Source of the DNA: an uncultured Gammaproteobacteria bacterium
GTDB lineage: Bacteria > Pseudomonadota > Gammaproteobacteria > JASBUN01
NCBI GenBank assembly: GCA_963762165.1
Contig: CAVXJN010000003.1
Span: forward strand, 1,440,694 to 1,504,693
DNA length: 64,000 nucleotides
Reading direction: 5' to 3'
Within the stretch, counting starts at the first letter, position 1. Every line of letters starts with the position of its first letter. Shown in pieces: positions 36,606-47,107 of this stretch. The notes beneath the pieces were generated by a model that saw nothing but the letters and a program-made list of their open reading frames with translations, had not been told where the DNA came from and ran no database searches. The position numbers and the translations under genes are program-made.

Positions 36606-37861
36606 ATGACCTTGATTCGACCTTTTCGTGGTCTGCGGCCTGCACCTGAGCGTGCGGAGGACGTCGTCGCGCCGCCTTACGACGTTTTGACGACCGCAGA
36701 AGCACGCCTTCGCGCCGAAGGAAGGCCGTGGAGTTTTCTGCACATCTCCAAGCCGGAAATCGATTTGCCTGCCGATACCGACCCTTATGACTCGAAGGTC
36801 TACGAAAAGGGCGCGCAAAATCTGCAGCGCATGATTGACGAGGGCGTGCTGATCCGGGATCCGCAGGACTGCTATTACGTGTACCGGCTCACCATGGGCA
36901 GCCATACCCAGACCGGCTTGGTGGCGGTGGCTTCGGTTGCCGACTATGACAGCAACCGCATCCGCAAGCACGAGTTTACCCGGCCGCAGAAAGAGGATGA
37001 TCGCGTCCGCCAGATCGATGCCCTCAATGCCCAGACCGGACCGGTCTTTCTTACCTACCGACACCATGCCGAGGTCGATCGGCTCCTGGAGCGCTGCAAC
37101 CAAGGAAAACCCGGTTTACGACTTGACGGCCGACGACGATGTTCGCCACACGCTATGGGTGGTTGCGCGATACCGCAGTGATCGATACCTTGACGGCCAG
37201 CTTCGACGCCATGAATTGTCTGTATATCGCCGACGGGCACCATCGTTCCGCGGCCGCCTCGCGGGTTGCGGCATTACGTACCGCAGCCAATCCAAGTCAT
37301 AGTGGTGAGGAAAGCTACAATTATTTTCTGTCTGTGTTGTTTCCCGACGATCAGATGCAGATTTTGGATTACAACCGGGTGCGTCAAGGATCTTAATGGT
37401 CATTCAAAAGAAGAGTTTTTGGCGCTGGTCAGCGAGCGTTTCCAGGTCTCGGCGCAATCGGAGGCAGTACGTCCCCGGCAGGCAGCCGAGTTCGGCATGT
37501 ACCTCGACGGTCAATGGTATCGGCTGCGCGTTGCCGCAGGAGCGCGTTCCCGCGGACGACCCGGTGGCGCGTCTGGACGTGAGTCTGCTGGCCGATAATC
37601 TCATCAGCCCGATTCTCGGTATTGACGATCCCCGCCGCGACGAACGGATCGATTTCGTCGGCGGTATCCGCGGGCTGGGCGAACTGGAAAAGCGGGTCGA
37701 CAGCGGCGACATGGCGGTGGCCTTTTCGCTGCATCCCACTGCGATGCAGCGATTTGATGGCGGTGGCGGATGCCAACGAAGTCATGCCGCCGAAGTCGAC
37801 CTGGTTCGAACCGAAGCTGGGAGACGGTCTCGGTTTCCCACGTTCTGGATTGAAGGTCTAG
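36606..37861 (+). pseudogene. DUF1015-family protein; at least 3 frameshifts, probably sequencing error
   Basis: The N-terminus MTLIRPFRGLRPAPERAEDVVAPPYDV and the C-terminal motif MPPKSTWFEPKL are typical of DUF1015. The pieces lie in ORFs 36399..37181, 37139..37396, 37266..37598, 37396..37935 and 37622..37861. Confidence 0.7.
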
Positions 37862-39946
37862 CGCTTCCTCGCCCTGGAAATCGAAGTTCATTTCTTCTCC
37901 AGGGGACTGCAGGAAATGGCCTTGAATGTAGTTGACGCCGCATTGCCACAGCACGGCTAGGCTGCTGGCGTCTTCCACGTACTCGGCGATGGTGGTCTTA
38001 CCCATGGAGTGGGCTGTCTCGGTAATGGACTTGACCATTTCCTGGTTCTGGGCGCTTCCCGCCAGATTGTGCATGAAGGAGCCGTCGATCTTCAGATAAT
38101 CGGCGGGCAGATGTTTGAGCAGCTGCAAGGAATTCACGCCGCTGCCGAAATGTTCCAGTGCCAAGCCACAGCGCAGTTCCTGAAGTCCGCCGTGAAATGC
38201 TTTGGCTTGTTTGAGATTGGTGACTGCGGCAGCTTCGGAGAGTTCGAATACGATGGTGTCGCCCTGTAGGCGGGCTGCCTTGAGCTGTTCGCTGATCCAC
38301 GAAAGCAGCGTGGGTTCGCTCACAGTCTTGACCGAGAGCTTGATGAAAAACACCGTGTCGTGGCCGCCGCGGCGGCGTTCGGTCAATACTTCGATGGCGC
38401 GGCGCATGACCCAGCGATCGACTTCGCCGATCAAGTTGGCATTCTCGGCAGCCGGCAGGAACTGTCCCGGCAGCACTTCATTGCCTTCTTCGTCGGCCAT
38501 CCGCACCAGGACTTCGTACTTCTCTTGGGTTTCCCCATGCAGGCTGGCGATGGGTTGGTACACCAGCCAGAACTCGTTTTTCTCAAGTGCGTCGCGTACC
38601 CGCTGGGTCCATTGCTCGTCCCGTTCGCGGCCTGCCTTTTCCTCGGTAACGGGATCGTGCTGATGGATGCAGTTGCCGCCTTTTTTGCGCGCGGTTTCGC
38701 AGGCCAAGTTGGGCACGCGACAGCACCTGTTGCGCATCGTTGGCTACTTCACCGACCGTGCTGATGCCAATGCTGCATGTGGCCGTGACGCGATTGTCCG
38801 TTGACGTCAGAAATATGCGACTTCGATGGCGGAGCGAATTTGCTCGGCTAAAACTTCGGCGATGTCGCCGGCAGTTTCGCGGCACAGAACAGTGAAGGTC
38901 TGATCGGCGAATCGTGCAGCAATGCAGGATTCTCCCAGCGTGCCTCGCAATACACCGGCGAGATCGCTAAGTACCAGGTCGCTGCCGGCGATTCCGAGTT
39001 TCGAACTGATGTCCTTGAACCGATCCGGCTCGATATACAGCACACTGCCGACCGTGCCGTCGTTAGCGGCTGCCGCGATCGCGTGTTCCAGCTCATCCAT
39101 GAAATACTGGCGGTTGTACAGGCCCGTTAGCAGGTCCTGATTACTCAGGAATTTGAGTTTGTTCTCCAATTCCTGGTCGGACGCCTGGTTGCGGATGATG
39201 ATCTGGGTGCAGGGCTCGCCTTCAATGCTGGCCGGGGTGAGTTCCATGCGCGCTTTAAAGCGCCCGCCGTCGGCCTTCAGGCCGACCATATCCAGCTCGT
39301 CTTTCGCGGATTGTCCCTTGGAAAAATTGCGTAGAAAGTCTTTGAACTCGGAGTGGTGGTCCGGTGCGACCATATCCATGATCGGCATGCCTTCGAGATC
39401 GTCCAATTCATGCAGGCCAAACATTTCCAGGTACACCGGATTGGCATAGACGTGCATGCCGTCATGCACATAAGTGATGGCGTCGCGGGAACTGTCGAGC
39501 AAGGCGCGGCAGCGCTTTTCGCTTTCGCGCATGGTTTTTTCGGCTTGTCGCAAGCGACGCCGGGCCTCAAGTGATTCCAGCTCCCGCGTGACCGCCAGTT
39601 GCAGGTGTTCGGGATTGCTCGATAGGACCAGGTCGCGTGCGCCGTCACGCAAAACCTCGGCTTGAATTTCGGGGTCGAACTCGTCTGCAACCGCGAGCAC
39701 CGGAACATCACGCTCCGCCTTTCGCAGAGCGGCAAAAACATGCATGAGGCCGGGGTCGAGGGCGTCGATGGCGCAAAGAATCAAATCCAGGGTCTGGTCC
39801 TTGACCGCCTCCTGCAGATCTTGGTCGCTCGACACCTGGCTGGGACGCAGCGCAAAACCGCCATTGCGCAGCGAGCTGGCCAACGCTTCCGAGCCGTCCA
39901 GTGAGTCGTTGACGATCAACACGCGCAATAGATTGTCTTTGTCCAC
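37850..39946 (-). pseudogene. receiver-PAS-GGDEF-EAL c-di-GMP turnover protein; at least 2 frameshifts near 38700-38830
   Basis: ORF 38807..39946 carries REC (LRVLIVNDS), PAS and the GGDEF start (DLLTGLYNRQYF...RFKDI). The GGDEF tail VTATCSIGIS is in ORF 38583..38885. The EAL domain (EFWLVYQPI...DGSFMHNL) is in ORF 37604..38737. The true 3' end is unclear because the EAL ORF runs antisense into the DUF1015 gene. Confidence 0.7.
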
Positions 39947-40302
39947 TAACGGGATCCTTTGCTGAGATTCGGTCCTTTTAGAACTGAATACACTGATTTC
40001 TTTAAAGTTTTTAGCAATTCCGGCGGCCCTGTCGGCAGCGGGCGCAAACCACTGGGCGAAGCGCAGGCCGCCCTTTACCCACTATCGGCAGTTGGCCATA
40101 CAAATTAACACTGCGGAACGAGGAGCGGGAAGCGACGCGCGGCGGCCAAGCGGGCCTCGGACGCGGCGGCTCTCTGATGGGAAACGCACTTTTGCGCTCT
40201 CCGAGCGCGTGCCATACTGGAACCGGAACTCGCTGCCGGATGATTTGGTACAGGCATGCGCTCGACGGCGGCGGGCTGGTGGCAAATGGTGTGGAGGCGA
40301 CA

Positions 40303-40824
40303 ATGCATGGGATCAAGGTCCGGCCCGAGTCCGGGGCCGATATCAAAGCGATCGACGTAGTGCACTTGAGCGCGTTCGGCGGAGACGAAGAGGTGAATCT
40401 GGTCAGTGCGCTGCGTGGTACTGCAGGATTCGATCCCAGTCTGTCGTTGGTCGCAGAATTTCACGACCGCATCGTTGGTCATATTTTGATGACCAAGGTT
40501 CGGCTGCAACGCGACCACGGGGGAAGGGATATTCTCGCCTTGGCGCCGATGGCAGTCGTTCCGTCCCAGAGTCATCGCGGTATCGGCTCAGAGCTGGTCC
40601 AAGCCGCTCTCAAGGCGGCGCAGCAGGTGGATTATCCAGCTGTCGCCGTGGTGGGCCATCCTGAATTCTATCGGCGGTTCGGATTCGAGCCCGCTTCGAA
40701 GTGGCAGCTTCACTGTAACTTGCCTGCTCCGCCCGAAGCCGTAATGGCCTTGGAGCTCGATTCAGGTGCGCTGGAAGGCGGCGGCAACATTATCTATCCG
40801 GCGCAATTTTCCTGCGTCTATTGA
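40303..40824 (+). CDS. GNAT family N-acetyltransferase
   Basis: The acetyl-CoA binding motif is QSHRGIGSELVQAALKAAQ. The start was chosen at the Met of MHGIKVRPES within ORF 40177..40824. Confidence 0.75.
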   Translation: MHGIKVRPESGADIKAIDVVHLSAFGGDEEVNLVSALRGTAGFDPSLSLVAEFHDRIVGHILMTKVRLQRDHGGRDILALAPMAVVPSQSHRGIGSELVQAALKAAQQVDYPAVAVVGHPEFYRRFGFEPASKWQLHCNLPAPPEAVMALELDSGALEGGGNIIYPAQFSCVY

Positions 40825-40826
40825 AA

Positions 40827-42578
40827 TTATCTCTCCGCTCCGGCATCGGGTCGGTCACCGTCCAACCGGTCGTAGACGAAGTGGGAAAAACTTCCGTTGC
40901 GCTCCAACTCTTCGGTCAACTGAACGCGCCGGGGCATGCCCTGATGCAAAACTTCAAGCTGTTCGCCGACGCGATGTTCGGTGGAAGCGACGATCAAGCT
41001 CGCCGGTTGCCCGGCGGCGCGAATCGCAGGCAAATCCAGCGCGGTATCCTGACGGCGATCGCGCGTATTGCGCGCTAATACTGCTTCGGCGGACGGCGCG
41101 AGGATCTCGATGCCCAGTTTGAGGCCTTGATCGGGTTCGTATTGCATCCAGCGGACCACGCCGACGGTCCAGGAGTGGCCGCCGTTCTCTCTCAGGCTCA
41201 CGACTTCGCCCACTTTCGCCGAGGATGGCTTGTCGCTGTCCCAAAGCAGGCAGCAACCGCGGGCGCTGACATCCACCGTGCGCCACAAGAAGTCCCGGTA
41301 CTCGGGTTCCGGCAAAGCCGCACCCGGCAGCGGATAATGCGCCACCGAATCGCTGCGCCGCGATGTGTTTGCGAAAAATCGCTCATTGCCGTCGTCGTAC
41401 CAGCTGTGGTCGAGCGTGATATGGGTTTCGCCTTGATTGGTCTGTAAGTCCAGCGGCGGCACGATTCCCAGAGCCGGCGGGAATTCTGCCGGTATTTCGG
41501 GCACTGCCGGGGCGTCGCGTTCGAGCAAAAAGTACGCGGTGTTCAATCCCAGGCCGACGCGTATGTCCGATGCCTGCGTTATACGCTTGAAACCGCGTCG
41601 GGGAGGACGGCGCCACAGGGCCAGCAGCCGACGGCGCAATTGCAGCTCCGGTTCATTGTGCTCGAGCCCCGCTTCGTCCAGCGCTTCCACTACAGCCGAC
41701 AGATCGACATAACGGACATTGCCGGCATCGTGTTCCTGTGCGCGAGGGTACGGAGGACGGTCCTGTTCGGTGCGTATCTGGAACGCGGTGTGCTGGGTGG
41801 GTTGCGGACTGAGAATCAGCTTGTGTGCGAGCGCTGAGGCCAGGGTCAAAACGCGGCCCAGCTCGTCGCGACGCAGTCTATAGGGGTTGGCTAGGCTCAC
41901 CAGCAACGACTCCCGGTACAGTTCGCCGATGCGCGATCCAATGGGCGCGCGGCGGCTCGCCGCAGCGGGCGTGAGCAGCTCGTGATCCTCGGCGATTCGA
42001 TGCAGGCTGTGCAGGTCGAGCCACAGTCCGTCGCTGGAGGGCGCATACAAGACATAGTGATCGAGCAGCAATCGACCAATTTGCTGCAGGGCGTGTTGCA
42101 GCGATGCGGCCAACAACTTGCGCTCGCTGCGTCCACCTGTAATCGAATCGACGACTATCAGTTTGTAGGTGTCGGCGAATGAGCGCAGCAGTGAATTACA
42201 CAGGTCTGCTTGCTGCACCGCTTTGCCGGTGAGCGGAAAGCCCCGGTGACTGATGCCTTTGATCAGGGCGCGGGTCCCGAATCCGACGGTTTCGTGAATC
42301 GCATCGGCGAACCGATAGCGGCTGGGCGCATCCACGGCTGCTCGGTTCGACGACTGCACCAATGCCAGCAATCGACGGCACGATTCCTGGGGGTCGGCCA
42401 GAGGCAGTTGCCGGAGCCATTCCTGAATCCGGCGCGGCCGCAGGTCGAACTCGGATCGTTGCCGATCCTGCATCGGCACGCGAAGCCCATGGCGAGACTC
42501 ATATTTTTCTTGGTCCATCATCCGCTGTCGATCCACAATCTCCGTGCCGCGCGAGCGGCGCCGATTTTCTTCCACCAT
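40827..42578 (-). CDS. large (583 aa) protein with a C-terminal PilZ-like domain (tentative c-di-GMP receptor); N-terminal 400 aa uncharacterised
   Basis: The C-terminal segment has a DxSxxG-type motif (DVSARG) about 30 aa after an RR stretch, but the RxxxR motif is not canonical. It is convergent with the GNAT gene (3-nt gap). Confidence 0.4.
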   Translation of the reverse strand: MVEENRRRSRGTEIVDRQRMMDQEKYESRHGLRVPMQDRQRSEFDLRPRRIQEWLRQLPLADPQESCRRLLALVQSSNRAAVDAPSRYRFADAIHETVGFGTRALIKGISHRGFPLTGKAVQQADLCNSLLRSFADTYKLIVVDSITGGRSERKLLAASLQHALQQIGRLLLDHYVLYAPSSDGLWLDLHSLHRIAEDHELLTPAAASRRAPIGSRIGELYRESLLVSLANPYRLRRDELGRVLTLASALAHKLILSPQPTQHTAFQIRTEQDRPPYPRAQEHDAGNVRYVDLSAVVEALDEAGLEHNEPELQLRRRLLALWRRPPRRGFKRITQASDIRVGLGLNTAYFLLERDAPAVPEIPAEFPPALGIVPPLDLQTNQGETHITLDHSWYDDGNERFFANTSRRSDSVAHYPLPGAALPEPEYRDFLWRTVDVSARGCCLLWDSDKPSSAKVGEVVSLRENGGHSWTVGVVRWMQYEPDQGLKLGIEILAPSAEAVLARNTRDRRQDTALDLPAIRAAGQPASLIVASTEHRVGEQLEVLHQGMPRRVQLTEELERNGSFSHFVYDRLDGDRPDAGAER

Positions 42579-42646
42579 AACGCGAGCCGGGCGTCGGTCT
42601 CAATACAACCAATGACATACGAGTCCCGGGCACAGCCGCTTGGCCG

Positions 42647-43659
42647 TCAGATCGCCAGCGGCGTTTTGCTGGCGGCGCCGGGAACCTCACGCACCAGTCG
42701 CGGCACCAGATAGCCGGGCAGGGATGCACTGCAGTTCGCTGCATCAATCGCCCGGCTTGGGCATCGGGCACGGCGAAGTGGGCGGCGCCCTCGACCGGGT
42801 CGAGCATGTGCAGGTAATAGGGCAGTATCCCCGCTGAAAAGAGGGACTGGGACAATTGCTCCAACGCCGCCAGGATTGTCGTTGACGCCACGCAGCAGCA
42901 CCGCCTGGTTCAGCAGCGTGGCGCCGGCATCCCGCAACCGCCGCGCGGCATCGCGCACGCCGGCGTCCAATTCCCGAGCATGGTTGACGTGCAGCACTAC
43001 TACGGTCTGCAGGCGCGTTTCGCGGAGCATGTCGACAAACCCGTCGGTAATCCGGGACGGAATCACCACCGGCATCCGGGTATGGAAACGGACTCTCTCA
43101 AGGTGCCCGATGGAGGCGGCGCCGTGCAGCAGTTCCTGCAGTCGGCGGTCGCTGAGACTGAGCGGATCTCCGCCGCTGAGAATGAGTTCGTTGACTCGCG
43201 ATGGGCCTCACATAGTCGATCAATGGTTGCCAATGGTCGGCGCATGCCTGCGCGTCGGGATAGGGGAATTGACGTCGAAAGCAATAGCGGCAATGAATCG
43301 CGCAGGCGCCGGTGGCAACGGCAAGCACGCGCCCGTGATATTTGTGCAATACCCCGGGGGCGGCCATGGATGCCAGATCGCCGACCGGGTCTGGGCCGTA
43401 GCCGGGCGTCGACTGCAGTTCGTCCGCCAGGGGCAAAACCTGGCGCAGCAGCGGATCGGCCGGGTCGCCATGGCTCATGCGCGCGACGAAGGCGCGCGGC
43501 ACCCGCAGCGGGAATTCGCGCGCCGCGCGTGCGGCCGCAGGCAGCAAGGCCGGGTCGAGCCCCAGTAGCGCGAACAGTTCTTCCGGGACTGCGTATCGCC
43601 TCGGCCAGTTCCTGCTGCCACGGGGGTGTCTGCCTCGCGGCCGGGATTCGCGTTATCAT
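42647..43659 (-). pseudogene. epmB: EF-P beta-lysylation radical-SAM enzyme EpmB (lysine 2,3-aminomutase family); at least 3 frameshifts, probably sequencing error
   Basis: N-terminus [22 protein letters not shown] (ORF 43063..43659). The radical-SAM CAIHCRYCFRR and PLLRQVLP are in ORF 43098..43547. The middle is ORF 42647..43075 and the C-terminal YLHMLDPVEGAAHF is in ORF 42499..42891. The final LPGYLVPRLVREVPGAASKTPLAI matches the E. coli EpmB C-terminus. Confidence 0.8.
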
Positions 43660-43713
43660 AACGCGCTCACCCGCTGGGGCGGCGTAATCCTAGAACATGC
43701 AACGGTAAGATCC

Positions 43714-44283
43714 ATGGCTACCTATAGTACTAATGAATTCAAAAGCGGTCTCAAAATCATGCTGGACGGAGACCCCTACAACATCGTCGAGAACGAATTC
43801 GTCAAACCCGGCAAAGGCCAGGCATTCAATCGGGTGAAGGTGCGCAACCTCAAGACCGGCCGGGTCATCGATCGAACCTTCAAGTCCGGCGAATCGGTGG
43901 AGAGCGCCGACGTCCACGAGACCGAAATGCAGTATCTGTACACGGACGGCGAATTCTGGCATTTCATGGACCCGGCAAGCTACGAGCAATTGGCCGCCGA
44001 CGCCAATGCGGTGGGCGACGCGCAGAAGTGGCTCAAGGAGCAGGACATGTGCCAGGTGACCTTGTACAACGGCGAACCGTTGAGCGTCACGCCGCCAAAT
44101 TTCGTGGTGCTCAAGGTAACCGAAACCGACCCGGGCGTGCGCGGCGACACGTCCGGCGGCGGCGGCAAGCCGGCGACGCTGGAAACCGGCGCCGTGGTGC
44201 GTGTGCCGTTGTTCGTGGACATGGACGAACTCATCAAAGTGGATACGCGCACGGGCGAGTACGTGTCGCGCGCCAAGGAGTAG
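43714..44283 (+). CDS. efp: elongation factor P
   Basis: 189 aa starting [22 protein letters not shown], with the conserved Lys loop KPGKGQAF. It is divergent from epmB as in E. coli. Confidence 0.95.
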   Translation: MATYSTNEFKSGLKIMLDGDPYNIVENEFVKPGKGQAFNRVKVRNLKTGRVIDRTFKSGESVESADVHETEMQYLYTDGEFWHFMDPASYEQLAADANAVGDAQKWLKEQDMCQVTLYNGEPLSVTPPNFVVLKVTETDPGVRGDTSGGGGKPATLETGAVVRVPLFVDMDELIKVDTRTGEYVSRAKE

Positions 44284-44322
44284 AGTCGCCGGCCAACCGT
44301 CCGTCGTCGCGGCGCCGCAAGC

Positions 44323-45321
44323 GTGGATGAATTCCCCGACAATGATCTGCCTTGGCGTCCGTGCGCTACGCAGCAGACGCTGCGCGCCCGCGCGGCGATG
44401 TTGGCGGCCATTCGCCGCTTCTTCGATCGGCGCCAGGTGCTTGAAGTTGAAACACCGCTGTTGTCCCAGGCGGGCAATACCGACCCTGCGTTGGCCAGTT
44501 TCCACTGCCGGTACACCGGCCCGGGCGCCCCGCAAGGCGCCGAACGCTGGTTGCCCACCTCCCCCGAACTGCACATGAAACGCTTGTTGGCGGCGGGAAG
44601 CGGCGCCATCTATCAGGTCTGCAAAGTGTTTCGGGACGGCGAACTGGGCCGTTGGCACGCCCCCGAATTCACCATGCTGGAGTGGTATCGGCCTGGATTC
44701 GACCATCGTCGGCTGATGGACGAAGTCGAGGCCCTGGTGATCGAATTGCTGGCTCCCTACCGCAACCTCGCGCCAGCGCAACGGCTGACCTATCGCGACG
44801 CGTTTTTGCGTCATGCGGCGGTGGACCCGTTCGAAGCCAGCAGCGGCGAACTGCAGGGGCGGGCGGCCGCGTTGGGGATTCACGCCCCGGCCAGCCTGCG
44901 GGGTCGGGACGAATGGTTGGATCTGCTGCTCACGCAATGTGTGGAACCGGCTTTGCGTGAGTATGCGCTGTGCTTCATCTATGACTATCCTGCCAGTCAG
45001 GCGGCGCTCGCGCGTGTGCGGCACGACCTGCCGGCGGTGGCGGAGCGCTTTGAGCTGTATCTCGACGGTGTGGAATTGGCCAACGGCTTTCATGAACTGG
45101 CCGACCCGGCGGAACAGGCGCGCCGCTTCGAAGCGGATGTCCAGCGGCGCGAGCGTCACGGCGTCGCCGGTCCGCCAGCGGACCGTTGGCTGCTGGCGGC
45201 GTTGGAGCACGGTCTGCCGGCTTGCGCGGGAGTGGCCCTCGGGCTGGACCGGGTGCTGGTGTTGGCGTTGCAGCTGTCCGCGCTCGACCAGGCGCTGGCC
45301 TTTCCATGGAACAGGGCCTGA
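44323..45321 (+). CDS. epmA: EF-P lysine aminoacylase EpmA (GenX/PoxA, truncated class II LysRS paralog)
   Basis: 332 aa class II aaRS catalytic core without an anticodon-binding domain (EVETPLL...FTMLEWY...GVALGLDR). Confidence 0.9.
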   Translation: MDEFPDNDLPWRPCATQQTLRARAAMLAAIRRFFDRRQVLEVETPLLSQAGNTDPALASFHCRYTGPGAPQGAERWLPTSPELHMKRLLAAGSGAIYQVCKVFRDGELGRWHAPEFTMLEWYRPGFDHRRLMDEVEALVIELLAPYRNLAPAQRLTYRDAFLRHAAVDPFEASSGELQGRAAALGIHAPASLRGRDEWLDLLLTQCVEPALREYALCFIYDYPASQAALARVRHDLPAVAERFELYLDGVELANGFHELADPAEQARRFEADVQRRERHGVAGPPADRWLLAALEHGLPACAGVALGLDRVLVLALQLSALDQALAFPWNRA

Positions 45322-45415
45322 CAAATGTGGGAAACTGTAGGCAGGTCGCGCGGCGCGGGGCACAGGCCGAGCCGGTTCGACGCACCTATTCATCGAAACG
45401 AAGAGCGACTTCAGC

Positions 45416-45739
45416 ATGACCGACAATGACACGAATGACACCCGTTGGAGTGCCCGGCGCCGAGTTCAACTGCAGGTTGAAGTTTATTGTGCCGGCCGAC
45501 CCTATGCCCGCTGCGTCACGCGAGACATCGGTTTCGGCGGTATGTTCATCGAGGCAGGTCGCGCGTTGCCGCGCTGCGGGCGTAGTCTCGAACTGGTGGT
45601 CAGTGAAGTGCAGGCCGCCGGCGGCGGCTATAGTCACCGCTTCCATGCCACAGTCGTACGTCAGAGCGCGCGCGGCTTGGGAGTCGCTTTCAGCCGTTAT
45701 GATGTAAACGACGTTCGCGCGCTGCAGACGTTCCTGTAA
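45416..45739 (+). CDS. small PilZ-domain protein (tentative)
   Basis: 107 aa with an RRR stretch at the N-terminus and a DIGFGGMF segment resembling the PilZ DxSxxG region. The motifs are non-canonical. Confidence 0.45.
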   Translation: MTDNDTNDTRWSARRRVQLQVEVYCAGRPYARCVTRDIGFGGMFIEAGRALPRCGRSLELVVSEVQAAGGGYSHRFHATVVRQSARGLGVAFSRYDVNDVRALQTFL

Positions 45740-45758
45740 TCAGGCCTGTGGCAGGGGG

Positions 45759-46643
45759 CTAGACGCTCGCCGGTGCGGTTTCATCGATGCGTTCGGCAAG
45801 CGGTTGCCCCAGCCGCACGGGCGCTCCGGCGGTCAGTGTCTTGCTCCAGCGCACCCGGCTTGGCCCGAACAAGACGATTACGGTCGAACCCAGATTGAAA
45901 CGACCGAGTTCCGCTCCTCGCTGCAAACGCACTGCGTGTTCTCCGCTTTGACCGTAGCGGGTCGCGATGATCTGCCGCCCCCGCGGCGGTGTGACCTCTC
46001 CAGCCCATACGGTTTCGATCGAGCCGACGTTCACGGCGCCCACCAGAATCACCGCCATCGGTCCCACGTCGGTGTCGAAAATGGAAATGACGCGCTCGTT
46101 GCGCGCAAACAGCCGGGGAATATCCCGAGCGCAGATGCGTCCGACGCCGAACAACCGCCCCGGGACGTGGATCATTTCCTGTAACTGGCCCGTCAAGGGC
46201 ATATGCACCCGATGATAATCGGTGGGTGACAAATAGAGAGTGGCGAACTCGCCGTCCTGGAATGGTCCAGCACGCTCATCGCTGCCGCCCAGTAGTTCCT
46301 GGAGCGAGTACAACTGTCCCTTGGCTTGAAACAGGCGTCCATTGCGCACCCGTCCGACCTGGCTCACGTATCCGTCCACCGGACAACACGGCTGTAGCGG
46401 GTCGCTTGGCAGCGGCCGCGCGTCTGCCCGCAGGGCGCGGGTAAAAAAGCTGTTGAAGGTCGGATAGGCGTTCAGATCCGGCTCGGCGGATTCCTCCATG
46501 CGCACGCCGTAACGGCGCACGAACCAGCCGATTGCAGCCCGCATCCCCGGTATCCGGCGGCTGCGGCTGATGCGATGCACCAGGCGCGAGAGCGGGTGCT
46601 GCGGCAGTACATACTGCAACAGTGAAAACGGGTGTAAGCCCAT
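45759..46643 (-). CDS. psd: phosphatidylserine decarboxylase proenzyme
   Basis: Collinear with E. coli Psd, including the LGST self-cleavage site (GRFNLGSTVIVLF). Confidence 0.9.
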   Translation of the reverse strand: MGLHPFSLLQYVLPQHPLSRLVHRISRSRRIPGMRAAIGWFVRRYGVRMEESAEPDLNAYPTFNSFFTRALRADARPLPSDPLQPCCPVDGYVSQVGRVRNGRLFQAKGQLYSLQELLGGSDERAGPFQDGEFATLYLSPTDYHRVHMPLTGQLQEMIHVPGRLFGVGRICARDIPRLFARNERVISIFDTDVGPMAVILVGAVNVGSIETVWAGEVTPPRGRQIIATRYGQSGEHAVRLQRGAELGRFNLGSTVIVLFGPSRVRWSKTLTAGAPVRLGQPLAERIDETAPASV

Positions 46644-46654
46644 GGAACGCGGCC

Positions 46655-47107
46655 CTAGTGGTGGTGGTCCATCATGCCGCCCATGCCGCTTCGTACTTCG
46701 GCGCGTGTCGTCACGGAATCCCCAGCGGCTGTACGCAGTGTGAAGCTCACTTGCTGCCCCGCCTGCAATGCATGTTTGGGATTGAACAGCATCAGGTGAT
46801 AACCGCCGGGCGCCAGCAGCAGATCCCCATTTGCCGGCACGGTCAGTTTGTCCTGCGCGATCATTTTGGCCATGCCGTTCGCGGTGACACTGCGGTGCAT
46901 TTCCACCCGTTCGAATGCCGGGCTGCTAACGCCGGTCACGTCCACGGCTTCATTGCTCGGGTTGTGCAATTTCATGAAGCCGCCCAGCACTTCGGCGTTC
47001 GGGGGTCCTTCGCGCACCCATGCGTCTGTAACCTGTAGCTGCGCCGCGATGGCAGGTAGAGCGACAGTGGATAATGCGACGAGCAGTGCGCCTAGGAAAC
47101 GGTTCAT
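46655..47107 (-). CDS. periplasmic copper chaperone PCu(A)C (DUF461)
   Basis: Has a signal peptide, the M-x-x-H and H-x-M copper-binding pattern (GGYHLM), and a His-rich tail MGGMMDHHH. Confidence 0.8.
   Translation of the reverse strand: MNRFLGALLVALSTVALPAIAAQLQVTDAWVREGPPNAEVLGGFMKLHNPSNEAVDVTGVSSPAFERVEMHRSVTANGMAKMIAQDKLTVPANGDLLLAPGGYHLMLFNPKHALQAGQQVSFTLRTAAGDSVTTRAEVRSGMGGMMDHHH

Noticed and set aside
37604-37850. 3' 250 nt of the EAL ORF
   Set aside because: Conserved EAL sequence ends near 37877. The remainder is the antisense translation of the DUF1015 C-terminus, and is most likely a run-on created by a frameshift.
40827-42578. Calling the 583-aa protein a definite PilZ c-di-GMP receptor
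   Set aside because: Only the DxSxxG half-motif is clear and the RxxxR motif is not canonical. It is reported as tentative only.
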